From the NCBI GenBank assembly GCA_050115495.1, contig JASFQK010000027.1, positions 1 through 64,000 on the forward strand: a DNA stretch of 64,000 bases. The letters run 5' to 3'. Below the pieces are notes generated by a model. That model did not search any database and was not told the origin of the DNA. It was given only the letters and a program-made list of their open reading frames with translations. Made by a program: the position numbers and the translations under genes. The stretch is from Phycisphaerae bacterium (lineage in GTDB: Bacteria; Planctomycetota; Phycisphaerae; UBA1845; Fen-1342). Below, one piece after another: positions 17,400 to 26,443 of the stretch (its first letter is position 1; every line of letters starts with the position of its first letter).

Positions 17400-18605
17400 A
17401 TGCGATGGAATGGGCGAGCAATATTGACCGGATGTATCGTGCTGGGTTTGATGGGTGGCCTGATGGCCGTGGCGGAGGACTGGCCCTGCTGGCGCGGTCC
17501 CAACCACGACGGGATCAGCCCGGACAAGGGGCTGCGCACCGATTGGGACGCTGCGCCGCCGACGGTCTGGCAGGCGAAGATCGGCGCAGCGTTCAGCGCT
17601 GTCGTCTGCGTAGGTGACCGCGTCTACACGTGCGGGGCACGTGACGGGCAACAGGTGCTGCTCTGCTTGAACGCCGACGATGGCAAGGAAATGTGGTGCC
17701 GCCCGTTCGAGAAGCACTACCCGGACGGGCAGGGCGGCGACGGCACGCGCGGCACGCCGACGGTGGACGAGGGTCGCGTCTACGTGCAGGGCGGTTGGGG
17801 CCGGCTGATCTGCGTCGATGCGGTGGACGGCAAGGGGCTCTGGAGCCATGAGTTCAACGCCAAGCCGCAGTGGGGCTACAGCGGTTCGGTGCTGATCGAG
17901 GGCGACCTGGCGATTGTCGCCGGCGGCGATGAGGGTGGCCCGCTGGTCGCACTGGACAAGACGAGCGGCAAGGTCATCTGGAAGTGCGGCCGGTCGCCCG
18001 TGGGCTACTCGACGCCCTATCCGTTCACGTTCGAGGGCCGGCGATATGTTATCGGTCTACTCGGCAAGTCGGCGGTGATCGCGGACGTGCGCACCGGGCG
18101 CGAGGTCTGGAGCATGCCGTGGGAGACGAGCTACGACGTGAACGCGGCGACGCCGATCTTCCACGATGGCGTGCTGACGTTCAGCTCGGGCTACGGACAC
18201 GGCTCGATCGCCCTGAAGCTGGCCGTCAGTGGCGACAAACTGACGACGACGACGCTGTGGGAGGGCAAGGCGATCCGCGCAAAATTCCAGTCGCCGGTGC
18301 TGTACGAGGGGCACCTGTATACAAGCGACGAGGTGGGTCTGAAATGCGTGTCGCTGGCCGACGGCGAGGTGAAGTGGCGGGAGCGCGGGATCAAGTTCGG
18401 GACGGTCGTGGTGGCCGACGGATACCTGTACCTGCTGACCGAGAATGGCGAACTGATGATCGCCCGGGCGACGCCTGAAGCGTTCACGCCGCGATCGAAG
18501 GTTCCGGTGCTGGACGGGCGCTGCTGGACGGTGCCGACGGTCTGCAACGGCCGGCTGTACGCTCGGAACCTGGAGCGCATGATTTGCCTGAACCTGCGTC
18601 CGTGA
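17400..18605 (+). CDS. Secreted PQQ-like beta-propeller protein
   Basis: Signal peptide then DWPCWRGP; xDxxxGKxxW repeats; GRLYARN C-terminus. Confidence 0.85.
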   Translation: MRWNGRAILTGCIVLGLMGGLMAVAEDWPCWRGPNHDGISPDKGLRTDWDAAPPTVWQAKIGAAFSAVVCVGDRVYTCGARDGQQVLLCLNADDGKEMWCRPFEKHYPDGQGGDGTRGTPTVDEGRVYVQGGWGRLICVDAVDGKGLWSHEFNAKPQWGYSGSVLIEGDLAIVAGGDEGGPLVALDKTSGKVIWKCGRSPVGYSTPYPFTFEGRRYVIGLLGKSAVIADVRTGREVWSMPWETSYDVNAATPIFHDGVLTFSSGYGHGSIALKLAVSGDKLTTTTLWEGKAIRAKFQSPVLYEGHLYTSDEVGLKCVSLADGEVKWRERGIKFGTVVVADGYLYLLTENGELMIARATPEAFTPRSKVPVLDGRCWTVPTVCNGRLYARNLERMICLNLRP

Positions 18606-18784
18606 CAGGCGGACCCGGGAGAGCTGTACCGTAACAGCCCGCGCCACGTTGCGGGGGCCGTGCAGTTGTCGGTACAATTCGCAGCAATGCAACCTCCGGC
18701 ACGTTGAAAGCAGAGCGGCGCGGGCCGCGATGGGCGGGGACGATCGTGTATTGGCGCGCAGCCGGCGGACACGGTGTAACTACC

Positions 18785-20245
18785 ATGACGGGTATAGCTA
18801 TCAGCGAACTTACCTTGCTGCGCGCCGTGCTGATGCGTCTGGCCGAAGCGGTGGCCGTGACGACAGCCGGTCCGCCGCCGGACGGTGGCGTGATTGTCTA
18901 TGCCAATGCCGCGTTCGAGCGGCTCGTCGGACAGGAGGCCGCTCGCCTGGTCGGCCGGGGGATCGGGGAGATCGGCGGGGAGTCGCTGCCGGCGGCGGTC
19001 AGCGCGGCGCTGCGCACGGCTGACGAATACCGAGGGTGTTGGCGGGAGGCGCTGGAGCAGGGGCGGCCACAGGCGTTGGAGTGCCGCGTTCGTTCGTTGG
19101 CGGATGACGGGTCTGGGGCGTGGTATTGGTTGTGGACGGTGGGGCCGGACGGCGCGGCCAGCGTCGGGCCGATGGCCGAGGGGCGGCGGAACGGGCACCA
19201 CGGTCTCCTGCGAGCAGTCATCGAGGCCAGCGACGATCTCGTGACACTGAGCGACGGCGCGGGGCGCTTTCGGTTGGTCAACTCGGCGGCGGCAGCCGTG
19301 CTGGGCCAGCGACGCGCGGAGGACCTGTTGGGCTGCGGCCACACCGAGCTGTTCGCGCCGGCGGACGCGGCGGGCATGCGTGCCGGGGATCAGCACGTGC
19401 TGGAGACGGGGCACCGGTTGACGATCGAGCATACGCTCGACGTCGCCGGGCGGCGCCGGCACTTCCTGACGACGCGGGCGCCGCAACGTGATGCGGTCGG
19501 GGCGGTCGTGGGCGTCATCTCGATTTCCCGTGACATCACCGAGTTCAAGGAAACGCAGGAACGCCTGCTGTGCAACGAGCGGCTGGCGTCGATCGGTACG
19601 CTGGCGGCGGGAATCGCCCACGAGATCAACAACCCGGTGGGTGGCATCCTGCTGTCGGCCCAGGCGGGGGTGGACGAGTTGGTGCACGACAAGGACCAGG
19701 CGTTCGTGGAGCGCTGCCTGCGCGAGATCATCGAAGACGCGAAGCGCTGCGGGCGCATCATCCAGAGCCTGCTGCACTTCGCCCGCGCCGACCTGACGGA
19801 GAAGTGGCCGGGCGACCTGAATGATCTCGTCCGCCGAACGCTGCAGTTGCTGGGCGGGATGCTCCGCCAGCACGGCGCGACGGCAGAGCTCTGTCTGGCC
19901 GCGGATCTGCCCCCGGTCCCGCTCAACCGGACCGAGATTGAGCAAGTGCTCATCAACCTGGTTCAGAACGCGGTGGAAATGAGCGGGGCGGGTGTGCGGG
20001 TCGTCGTGCGCACGGAGCGGAGCGAGGACGGCGTGCGGCTCAGCGTAGCCGATGACGGGCCGGGCATGCTGCCCGAGCAGGCGGCGTATGTGTTCGATCC
20101 GTTCTACACGACGCGGCAGCAGCGCGGCGGCGCCGGGCTGGGCCTGAGCGTCGTCCATGGCATCGTCCGGGGGCATGGCGGTCGCATCGACGTGGCCAGC
20201 AAACTGAACAAGGGTACGGTTTTCACTATCGACTTGCCCTGTTGA
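18785..20245 (+). CDS. PAS-domain sensor histidine kinase
   Basis: Two PAS-like regions; H-box AHEINNP; NLVQNA; DDGPG; FDPFYTT; GLGLS. Confidence 0.9.
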   Translation: MTGIAISELTLLRAVLMRLAEAVAVTTAGPPPDGGVIVYANAAFERLVGQEAARLVGRGIGEIGGESLPAAVSAALRTADEYRGCWREALEQGRPQALECRVRSLADDGSGAWYWLWTVGPDGAASVGPMAEGRRNGHHGLLRAVIEASDDLVTLSDGAGRFRLVNSAAAAVLGQRRAEDLLGCGHTELFAPADAAGMRAGDQHVLETGHRLTIEHTLDVAGRRRHFLTTRAPQRDAVGAVVGVISISRDITEFKETQERLLCNERLASIGTLAAGIAHEINNPVGGILLSAQAGVDELVHDKDQAFVERCLREIIEDAKRCGRIIQSLLHFARADLTEKWPGDLNDLVRRTLQLLGGMLRQHGATAELCLAADLPPVPLNRTEIEQVLINLVQNAVEMSGAGVRVVVRTERSEDGVRLSVADDGPGMLPEQAAYVFDPFYTTRQQRGGAGLGLSVVHGIVRGHGGRIDVASKLNKGTVFTIDLPC

Positions 20246-20266
20246 GACAACGGAGCGGACCGGCAG

Positions 20267-21559
20267 ATGTCCAGAGTCCTCGTGGTCGACGACGAACTAC
20301 GCTACCGCGAGCACATTCGCCGCGCCCTGGCCCGTGACGGGCACGAGGTGCAGGTGGCTGCCTCGGGTCGCGAGGGCATCGCCGTCGGCGCCCGCCAGCG
20401 ACCCGACGTGCTGCTGGCGGACTGGATGCTCAAGGACCGCATCCACGGCCTGCACGTGTCCGAAGCCTTGCAGGCGCTCCTCCCGGAACTCCAGACCGTG
20501 CTGGTTACGGGCTATCCGTCGGCGGACCTGCGCAGCCAGGCCCGCGCGTTGAACGTCTCGATGTTCATCGAAAAGCCGTTCGAGCTGGGCAAGCTGCGGG
20601 CCGCAGTGCGGGCCGTCGGGGCGGCCGTCCCGGCCCGGGCGGCCTCGTCACCCATCGCCGTGCTTGTGCTCGATCAGGCCGGGGCGCTGTTGTCGGCGAA
20701 CCCTCAGGCGCAGGCGCTGCTGGGCGGCGACGGCGACGGCCGACCGACGGTCGACCTGGGCAGACAGGTCGGACTCGGCCAGATCGCGGCGGCGGAGTCC
20801 CGGTGGATCTCGGTCGCGGCGCACCGGTTGGGCGGCGTGGCCTGGTGGATTCGTACGCGGCGCACGAGTGAGGGCTGGTTGTGCGTCGTGTTGCCCGACG
20901 GCCAGCAGCAATTCCTGGAGCATCCGACCATCGCTCTACTGCTCGATCTGGAGTTGCCGGCGCCCGTGCGCTGGCCGATCCGCGGCCGGGCCCTCATCGT
21001 GGATAGCGACGTCTGGCTGCGGCAGTCGCTGGCGGCCGAAGTCGAGCGCGGTGGCGGTGTTTGCCACACCGCCGGCGATCTGGCCACGGCCATGCAGACA
21101 TTCGCGCGCGACCCCGGCATCGACGTGGTCGTGCTCGAGTACGGCCTGTCCGGCGACAACGCCTGCGAATTCGCCCGCGAGCTGCGCAGTCGGCGCGTGG
21201 GCGTACATATCGTCGGTACCAGCGCGACGGACCGCTCCGTGCCGTTCGCTCGGGCCGGCGTAATCAGCTATCTGGCCAAACCGTGGACGATCCACGATTT
21301 GGCGGCGCTGCTGGAGGACCACCTGGGCGTCTGTGCATCGTGCGGGTGGCCGCTGCCGCTGCGCCGGCCGCGGTTGGGGGAGACTCCACGAACGTGGCTG
21401 TGCGTCGGTTGTGAAAGCCGGTATGTGGCCGTGATGGACGATCGGCATCCACGCGACGTTGTGGCGAATGTGCGCCCCGCGGACGGCGGGCGCGCCCAGG
21501 CTCGGGAGAAACCGAGCGTGGTTCGAGGGACTGGCCATGAACGCTCTCATCCTCGATGA
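20267..21559 (+). CDS. Multi-domain response regulator (REC, PAS-like, degenerate REC, Zn ribbon)
   Basis: VLVVDDE...LLADW...EKPF; second REC ALIVDSD...VVLEY...AKPW; CASC/CVGC. Confidence 0.8.
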   Translation: MSRVLVVDDELRYREHIRRALARDGHEVQVAASGREGIAVGARQRPDVLLADWMLKDRIHGLHVSEALQALLPELQTVLVTGYPSADLRSQARALNVSMFIEKPFELGKLRAAVRAVGAAVPARAASSPIAVLVLDQAGALLSANPQAQALLGGDGDGRPTVDLGRQVGLGQIAAAESRWISVAAHRLGGVAWWIRTRRTSEGWLCVVLPDGQQQFLEHPTIALLLDLELPAPVRWPIRGRALIVDSDVWLRQSLAAEVERGGGVCHTAGDLATAMQTFARDPGIDVVVLEYGLSGDNACEFARELRSRRVGVHIVGTSATDRSVPFARAGVISYLAKPWTIHDLAALLEDHLGVCASCGWPLPLRRPRLGETPRTWLCVGCESRYVAVMDDRHPRDVVANVRPADGGRAQAREKPSVVRGTGHERSHPR

Positions 21560-22325
21560 CGGGAAAGGGGGCAGCGAGCCAGTACGGAGCTGTCTGGAAG
21601 AACAGGGCATGCGGGTTGCGGCGACCACCAGTGTGGCCAAGGCGCGCCGCATCATCGGCCGGACGCCGCCGGCGCTCATCGTGGTATTGGGCAACCCGGA
21701 AGGCAGCGGCGAGGTGTTGTCGTTCGCCGATTGGGTACAGGCCCAAGCCCGCGCGCCGTCGGTGATCATGATCGCCGATCGGGGAACGCCGGTGAGGCAA
21801 TGTGGCAGCGTCGGGGTGGCAGCACTGCTGGAAAGACCGGTCGATCCGTACGAGCTCGCCCGGCAGGTTCAGCGCGTACTCGCCGAGCGTGCGACGCCGC
21901 CGGGACCCCCGGCTAACCATGTGATTCCAGAACCACCCCTCGTCCGCCTCGGCAAGCGTGGTGAGGTGCTCAGTGCCAGTCCGGCGGGGCAGCGCGTGCT
22001 GGATACGGTGGTGGACCCGGCGGTGACGCGGCCGGTCACTCACGTGGACAGCGACCTGCTGACGCGTCTGAACGTCGCTGCCGGCCAACTCGACGCTGGG
22101 GGCCAGACGGTTGTCTTTCGTCGCGACGGGGAGCTCGGCCACCACATGGCGCAGGTGCGCCAGCACGTGGAAGACGGCGAGAGTGTCCTCACGGTGAGCT
22201 TCGTGGAGTCTGGCGGAGCGCCCGCTGGTGACGTCGATGACCTCTGGAGGTTGATCCTGCAGCGAGCGGCGGTGGACGCGGCCCGCGCGGATCGCCGACC
22301 GCCGGTCAGCCCTGGGGCGGAGTAG
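21537..22325 (+). CDS. Pseudo-receiver domain protein
   Basis: MNALILDD...ERPVD REC-like fold without a clear phospho-acceptor Asp. Confidence 0.55.
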   Translation: MNALILDDGKGGSEPVRSCLEEQGMRVAATTSVAKARRIIGRTPPALIVVLGNPEGSGEVLSFADWVQAQARAPSVIMIADRGTPVRQCGSVGVAALLERPVDPYELARQVQRVLAERATPPGPPANHVIPEPPLVRLGKRGEVLSASPAGQRVLDTVVDPAVTRPVTHVDSDLLTRLNVAAGQLDAGGQTVVFRRDGELGHHMAQVRQHVEDGESVLTVSFVESGGAPAGDVDDLWRLILQRAAVDAARADRRPPVSPGAE

Positions 22326-22592
22326 TCGCACGTTCCCTTGCCTGACGGTCCTCGGTGGCCGGCAGGCGAAGAGCTGCCGGCCTGGTGACGAAAGCCAGTT
22401 GACAGCGGGGCGGGTGCGGGGGGGGGCGTTTTTCGCGTGGCATCTCGAACGCCACACGCCATAATGACAATACATCTGCGGCGGGGTCCTGCTCGGGGCG
22501 AGCCGTCGCCCCGGTTGGACATAGCTGGTATGCTGGCCGCGTATTCTGGGTGGAACTGAAGCCGGCCGGGGGCCGGCGGAAAGGGGAGCTAC

Positions 22593-23210
22593 ATGGCGAT
22601 CAGTGTTGACTGCGGTACGTGTGGCCGGACGCTGTCGGCGCCGGACGATGCTGCGGGTACGGCGCGGATGTGTCCAAACTGCGGGGAGCTGGTCAAGATC
22701 CCCGACACAACTGCCGGCCTTCACTCAGAGCTCGCCCACCAGGTGGCCGCGCCCCTGCGCAGCGACGAGGTTCGGCCGAGCGCGCCAGGACAGACCACGC
22801 CGCCGGCGTACGGCGAGCTCGCCCTGGTCACCACGGTTCTGCGAGTCTTGGCGCTCGTCTATTACGGCTTGGCGGCACTGGCTCTGCTCCTGTTCGTTGT
22901 CGCCCTCATCCGGTACGGGCGCGAGGTCTCGGTGTCGCTTGGCCTCCTGGTGGTTACAGTCATTGCCAGTCTGGGTGCGTTGATGCACGGACTTGCTGAG
23001 GCGTGCGTGGTGCTCCGTGACATCGCGCGAAACAGCTTTGGGTCACGCCGTCTCACCGAGCAGGTTCAGGCGGCGGCGGGGGCGACGAACGAGGCCACCG
23101 ACCGGGTCATTTCCGTTTTGGAAGAGCAACGGGACAAGCTCGTCGAGACCGTGGCCAGCGCGGCGAGGTCGCTGGCCAAGAAGCTGGACGAGCGCGGGCG
23201 CGACGCGTGA
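22593..23210 (+). CDS. Zinc-ribbon membrane protein
   Basis: CGTCG...CPNCG zinc ribbon, two TM helices, coiled C-terminus; RBS-like GGGGAG. Confidence 0.7.
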   Translation: MAISVDCGTCGRTLSAPDDAAGTARMCPNCGELVKIPDTTAGLHSELAHQVAAPLRSDEVRPSAPGQTTPPAYGELALVTTVLRVLALVYYGLAALALLLFVVALIRYGREVSVSLGLLVVTVIASLGALMHGLAEACVVLRDIARNSFGSRRLTEQVQAAAGATNEATDRVISVLEEQRDKLVETVASAARSLAKKLDERGRDA

Positions 23211-23232
23211 CGCTGGAGACCATGTTCGATCC

Positions 23233-23302
23233 GCCGCGGGCGATCGTGGCTGGTTGATTGAGGGCGCAGGGACTCGAACCCTGGACCCACGGCTTGAAAG
23301 GC
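23233..23302 (-). repeat. att-like direct repeat: 3' part of tRNA-Lys plus 26 bp downstream flank
   Basis: Matches 25402-25471 at 68/70 positions. Confidence 0.92.
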
Positions 23303-23578
23303 AACCGGACAGGGGTACAGCGCGTGGCAGGACAAGCACTTACAGCCGAGGGGGCGCCGTGGCCGGGCGCGCCCGTGGCCACCGGCGCCTCTCCCGCGAT
23401 CGGTCCTGGATGCCCGGGTGGGTGGAGTATTGGGCCGGCGACGTTTCGGGTCACTGAAACCGGTAGAGAGGCCCGAGGCGAACTGGTGGCGGGGTTGCCA
23501 GCAAGCCGATACGATTCGTGAGTGGAGGTCGGACAGCGACCGTGGGACCCGAGCTTGCCGAGACCGGACCAGCGAACA

Positions 23579-24400
23579 ATGCCCAGCGAGTCAGCGAGAA
23601 CCGAGCTTGAATTCGAACGGCCGCCCGTCATCGAGGTGGTCTGTGGCGTCCTCTTCAAGCCGCTTGAGAGCATGTTGGCTCCGCACTTGGGTGTCCTCTG
23701 GGAACGCTTCAAGGCAACGTACCCAACGTGTCAGGAGGTCCCGCCGCTTGCTCCGGCGATCGAGAGATTCGACGATTCCGCCGGTGTGGAGTTCACGATT
23801 AGCGACAAGCCGCCGCTGCCGCGCGTCTGGTTTGTTCACGAGAGCGAGACAGGAATCATACAGGTACAACGCGACCGATTCCTGCATAACTGGAAGAAGG
23901 TCCACCCTGAAGACGAGTACCCACGCTATACGAACGTGATCGAGCTGTTCCGTGAACACCTTTCTACGTTCGATTTGTTCGTTACCGAGGTGGAGTCGGC
24001 GGGCGTGGAACCACTGCAGTATGAACTGACGTACGTGAACCACATTCTGCAGGGTGAAGGGTTCGATTCGCTTGGTCGAATCGGCAGTGTGCTCCCCGAC
24101 TTTGCGTGGCGAACCGCTGACGAGAGGTTCCTGCCCACGCCCGAACGCGTGAGCTGGCGCACGAGCTTCACCCTCCCGGATAAGGCCGGCCGCCTACACG
24201 CGACGATTCGCAATGGCGTCCGCAATGAGGACGAAAAGCCGCTGCTGCTGCTGGAGCTTACGGCACGCGGTTTCGGCAAGGATGGGTCACGGGCGGAGAT
24301 GTGGAAGTGGTTTGACCTTGGCCACGAGTGGATCGTACGTGCGTTCGCAGATTTGACCGATGCAGGCGTTCAGAGAGACGTCTGGAAACGGATCAAGTGA
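23579..24400 (+). CDS. TIGR04255-like sporadically distributed protein
   Basis: FERPPVIEVVCGVLF, PRVWF, IQVQRDRFLHNW, YPRY, ELTYVNHI, HEWIVRAFADLT recalled as typical of this family. Confidence 0.75.
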   Translation: MPSESARTELEFERPPVIEVVCGVLFKPLESMLAPHLGVLWERFKATYPTCQEVPPLAPAIERFDDSAGVEFTISDKPPLPRVWFVHESETGIIQVQRDRFLHNWKKVHPEDEYPRYTNVIELFREHLSTFDLFVTEVESAGVEPLQYELTYVNHILQGEGFDSLGRIGSVLPDFAWRTADERFLPTPERVSWRTSFTLPDKAGRLHATIRNGVRNEDEKPLLLLELTARGFGKDGSRAEMWKWFDLGHEWIVRAFADLTDAGVQRDVWKRIK

Positions 24401-24888
24401 TGGCAGCGGCACCGAAGTATATCGACGACTGGGCAACAGACTCAACGACTACGATGGGCGAAGTCCCGCGATACGCCCTGACCACTCGAACGACGGGGCC
24501 GGTTCGGCATGACAGTGCTTGCCCGCGGACCATTCGAATTCCTGGGCCCGCAGGGCGCTACGTCGCGTGGCCGCAGATTAGCGAGCTGCACGGCGTGCAT
24601 TTCACTGTAGGGTACGACTTGGAACTGGTCGCGGAAGACGACTTGGGACCGCTGACCGACACGGTGCGCGTCGCGTCTGTTTCGACCGCCGAGCACGGCG
24701 TGCGGTTCGCCGTTGTCTTCGGCCATCGCGCAGAGGAAGGCCGTAAGCCCCGCACTGCGTTGTGGAAACGGTTGATGGAAATCCGCCGTCGGGCGGTAGC
24801 GGCCGGTATGCCGTTGCTGGACTGGCGCGGGTTGGACGATGAACTGGAGTCACGTCGGGCACGCGAGCTTCCCGGGGACGATGCTTAA
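24400..24888 (+). CDS. Putative antitoxin with long N-terminal extension
   Basis: TGATG-coupled to upstream gene and TAATG-coupled to the PIN gene; charged helical C-terminus PRTALWKRLMEIRRRAVAAGMPLLDW. Confidence 0.6.
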   Translation: MAAAPKYIDDWATDSTTTMGEVPRYALTTRTTGPVRHDSACPRTIRIPGPAGRYVAWPQISELHGVHFTVGYDLELVAEDDLGPLTDTVRVASVSTAEHGVRFAVVFGHRAEEGRKPRTALWKRLMEIRRRAVAAGMPLLDWRGLDDELESRRARELPGDDA

Positions 24889-25307
24889 TGCCGGTGCGCA
24901 CTTTCGTCGATACGGGTGTGCTGATCGCAGCTTTTCGTGGCGATGAGAAACTGCGCTCTGCTGCCGAGCAGGTGCTGGACGATCCTGACCGTGTGTTTGT
25001 TACGAGCGATTTCGTGAGCTTGGAACTGCTCCCCAAGGCGCGGTACAACAAGCACGCGGACGAAGTAGCCTTCTATCAGACCTTCCTGGCGGCAAGCACC
25101 GAGACAGTCCATGCTTCTGAAACGCTCATTGCCGATGCGCACACGCAAGCAGCGGGTGCCGGGCTGGCTGCGATGGATGCCTTGCACGTGGCCGCGGCAC
25201 GGCAGGCCAACGCGGCCGAACTGGTTACCGCCGAACGGCCCACGAAGCCAATGTTCCGCGTGGGCAATCCGACCGTTCGTAGTATTCGGCCCGTCAAGTG
25301 CTGCTAG
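24888..25307 (+). CDS. PIN-domain (VapC-like) ribonuclease toxin
   Basis: TFVDTGVLI, LELL, MDALHVAAA, LVTAE acidic PIN motifs; 139 aa. Confidence 0.88.
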   Translation: MPVRTFVDTGVLIAAFRGDEKLRSAAEQVLDDPDRVFVTSDFVSLELLPKARYNKHADEVAFYQTFLAASTETVHASETLIADAHTQAAGAGLAAMDALHVAAARQANAAELVTAERPTKPMFRVGNPTVRSIRPVKCC

Positions 25308-25427
25308 CGGCCGACTTCCCGCTCCAGCCCTGCGGGCCGCACAGTCGGGCCGAGCGGGGATGGAAGTGTAAGCGTGGCAGGTAACGCTCTGGAGAGCGCC
25401 TGCCGCGGGTGATCGTGGCTGGTTGAT

Positions 25428-25500
25428 TGAGGGCGCAGGGACTCGAACCCTGGACCCACGGCTTAAAAGGCCGTTGCTCTACCGACTGAGCTACGCCCTC
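25428..25500 (-). tRNA. tRNA-Lys (anticodon TTT)
   Basis: GAGGGCGTAGCTCAGTCGGTAGAGCAACGGCCTTTTAAGCCGTGGGTCCAGGGTTCGAGTCCCTGCGCCCTCA folds as a cloverleaf; CCA not encoded. Confidence 0.97.
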
Positions 25501-25741
25501 AAACGATTGCTGGGCACACACTTACGACGATCCGGCCGCACCGGCGACCTTTACCCGGCGGCGTCGCCGAGCGGCGTGCGTGTTCCAAACAGCACAACCG
25601 GAATAGGTTACGGCGTTGCCCCGGACAACTCAAGAGCCGCGGCCGTACCGGCGGCGGCCCCGTTGTTCGCCGGTGGATCGCTGGATGGGCTTACCGGATC
25701 AATCAGCGATGGGGGTAGCCCATTGGTGGCCTATTCCGTGG

Positions 25742-26383
25742 TCAGGTAGCCATTGCCGTCGCCGGGCGGGCGACGATCAGGAGGGAGTGGCTGAAATACG
25801 GCCGCAGGAGGCGTTTCCAGGTTTTCAGCCAGTGCGGCCGGCGTTGGACCCAGTAGCCCTCGACGAGCTCGAAGCCGGTGCGGGACAACAGCGCCGTTAG
25901 CGTCTGCGGGTCGAACCACGCCACGTGCCCCTCGTTGCAGCGGGGCCGGCCGCGACGCCAGATCTTCCACGTCTGCAATGCGTAGAACGGGTTGGGCGTC
26001 GTGATGATCACGTGACCGTCCGGCTTCAGGTGTCGCCGGAGAGTACGCAGGAACTGGCCGGGGTTCTCCAGGTGCTCGATGATCTCGCCGGCGACGATGG
26101 TGTCGAACTGCTGGCCCAGGTCCATCGTCTGCACGTCGGCGCACACGGCGTGGTAGCCGTCGCGCACCAGCGCTGCTACCCCCTCGGCGTCGAGGTCCAC
26201 GCCCAGCGTGTCGGGGTTCAGGTCCGCGGTTCGGCGGAAGAGCAGGTCGGCCGCCTCGGCGCTGTCCTCTCCGCTCCGCCGGGCCGGTCGGGCATCAACG
26301 CAACCGAGCTCGAGGACGGCCGCGCCCGGGGCGACGTAGCGGGCGATAACGGAGAACCGGTCGCGGATCGTGGCGGCGAACAC
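25742..26383 (-). CDS. Class I SAM-dependent methyltransferase
   Basis: VLELGC, GVDLD, FDTIVAGEIIEHL, LKPDGHVIITTPN. Confidence 0.88.
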   Translation of the reverse strand: MFAATIRDRFSVIARYVAPGAAVLELGCVDARPARRSGEDSAEAADLLFRRTADLNPDTLGVDLDAEGVAALVRDGYHAVCADVQTMDLGQQFDTIVAGEIIEHLENPGQFLRTLRRHLKPDGHVIITTPNPFYALQTWKIWRRGRPRCNEGHVAWFDPQTLTALLSRTGFELVEGYWVQRRPHWLKTWKRLLRPYFSHSLLIVARPATAMAT

Positions 26384-26443
26384 GTCGGCAGTGTCCGGGG
26401 CGCCTCGCGGCCGGTCAAGTGCGATCTGCCGGCGTCGCCCGGC

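Larger units (their letters stand above)
23233..25471. mobile_element. tRNA-Lys-anchored genomic islet without integrase
   Basis: Bounded by the 70-bp direct repeat; intact tRNA at one end and tRNA 3' fragment at the other; cargo visibly less GC-rich than flanks. Confidence 0.8.

Noticed and set aside
22326..22592. Intergenic hairpins (GGCCGGCAG/CTGCCGGCC) as a ribozyme or ncRNA
   Set aside because: No hammerhead core or other consensus; explainable as a terminator-like or chance GC stem.
23259..23302. Second tRNA (apparent TTC anticodon)
   Set aside because: The 5' acceptor strand and D-arm are missing; it is an att-type fragment.
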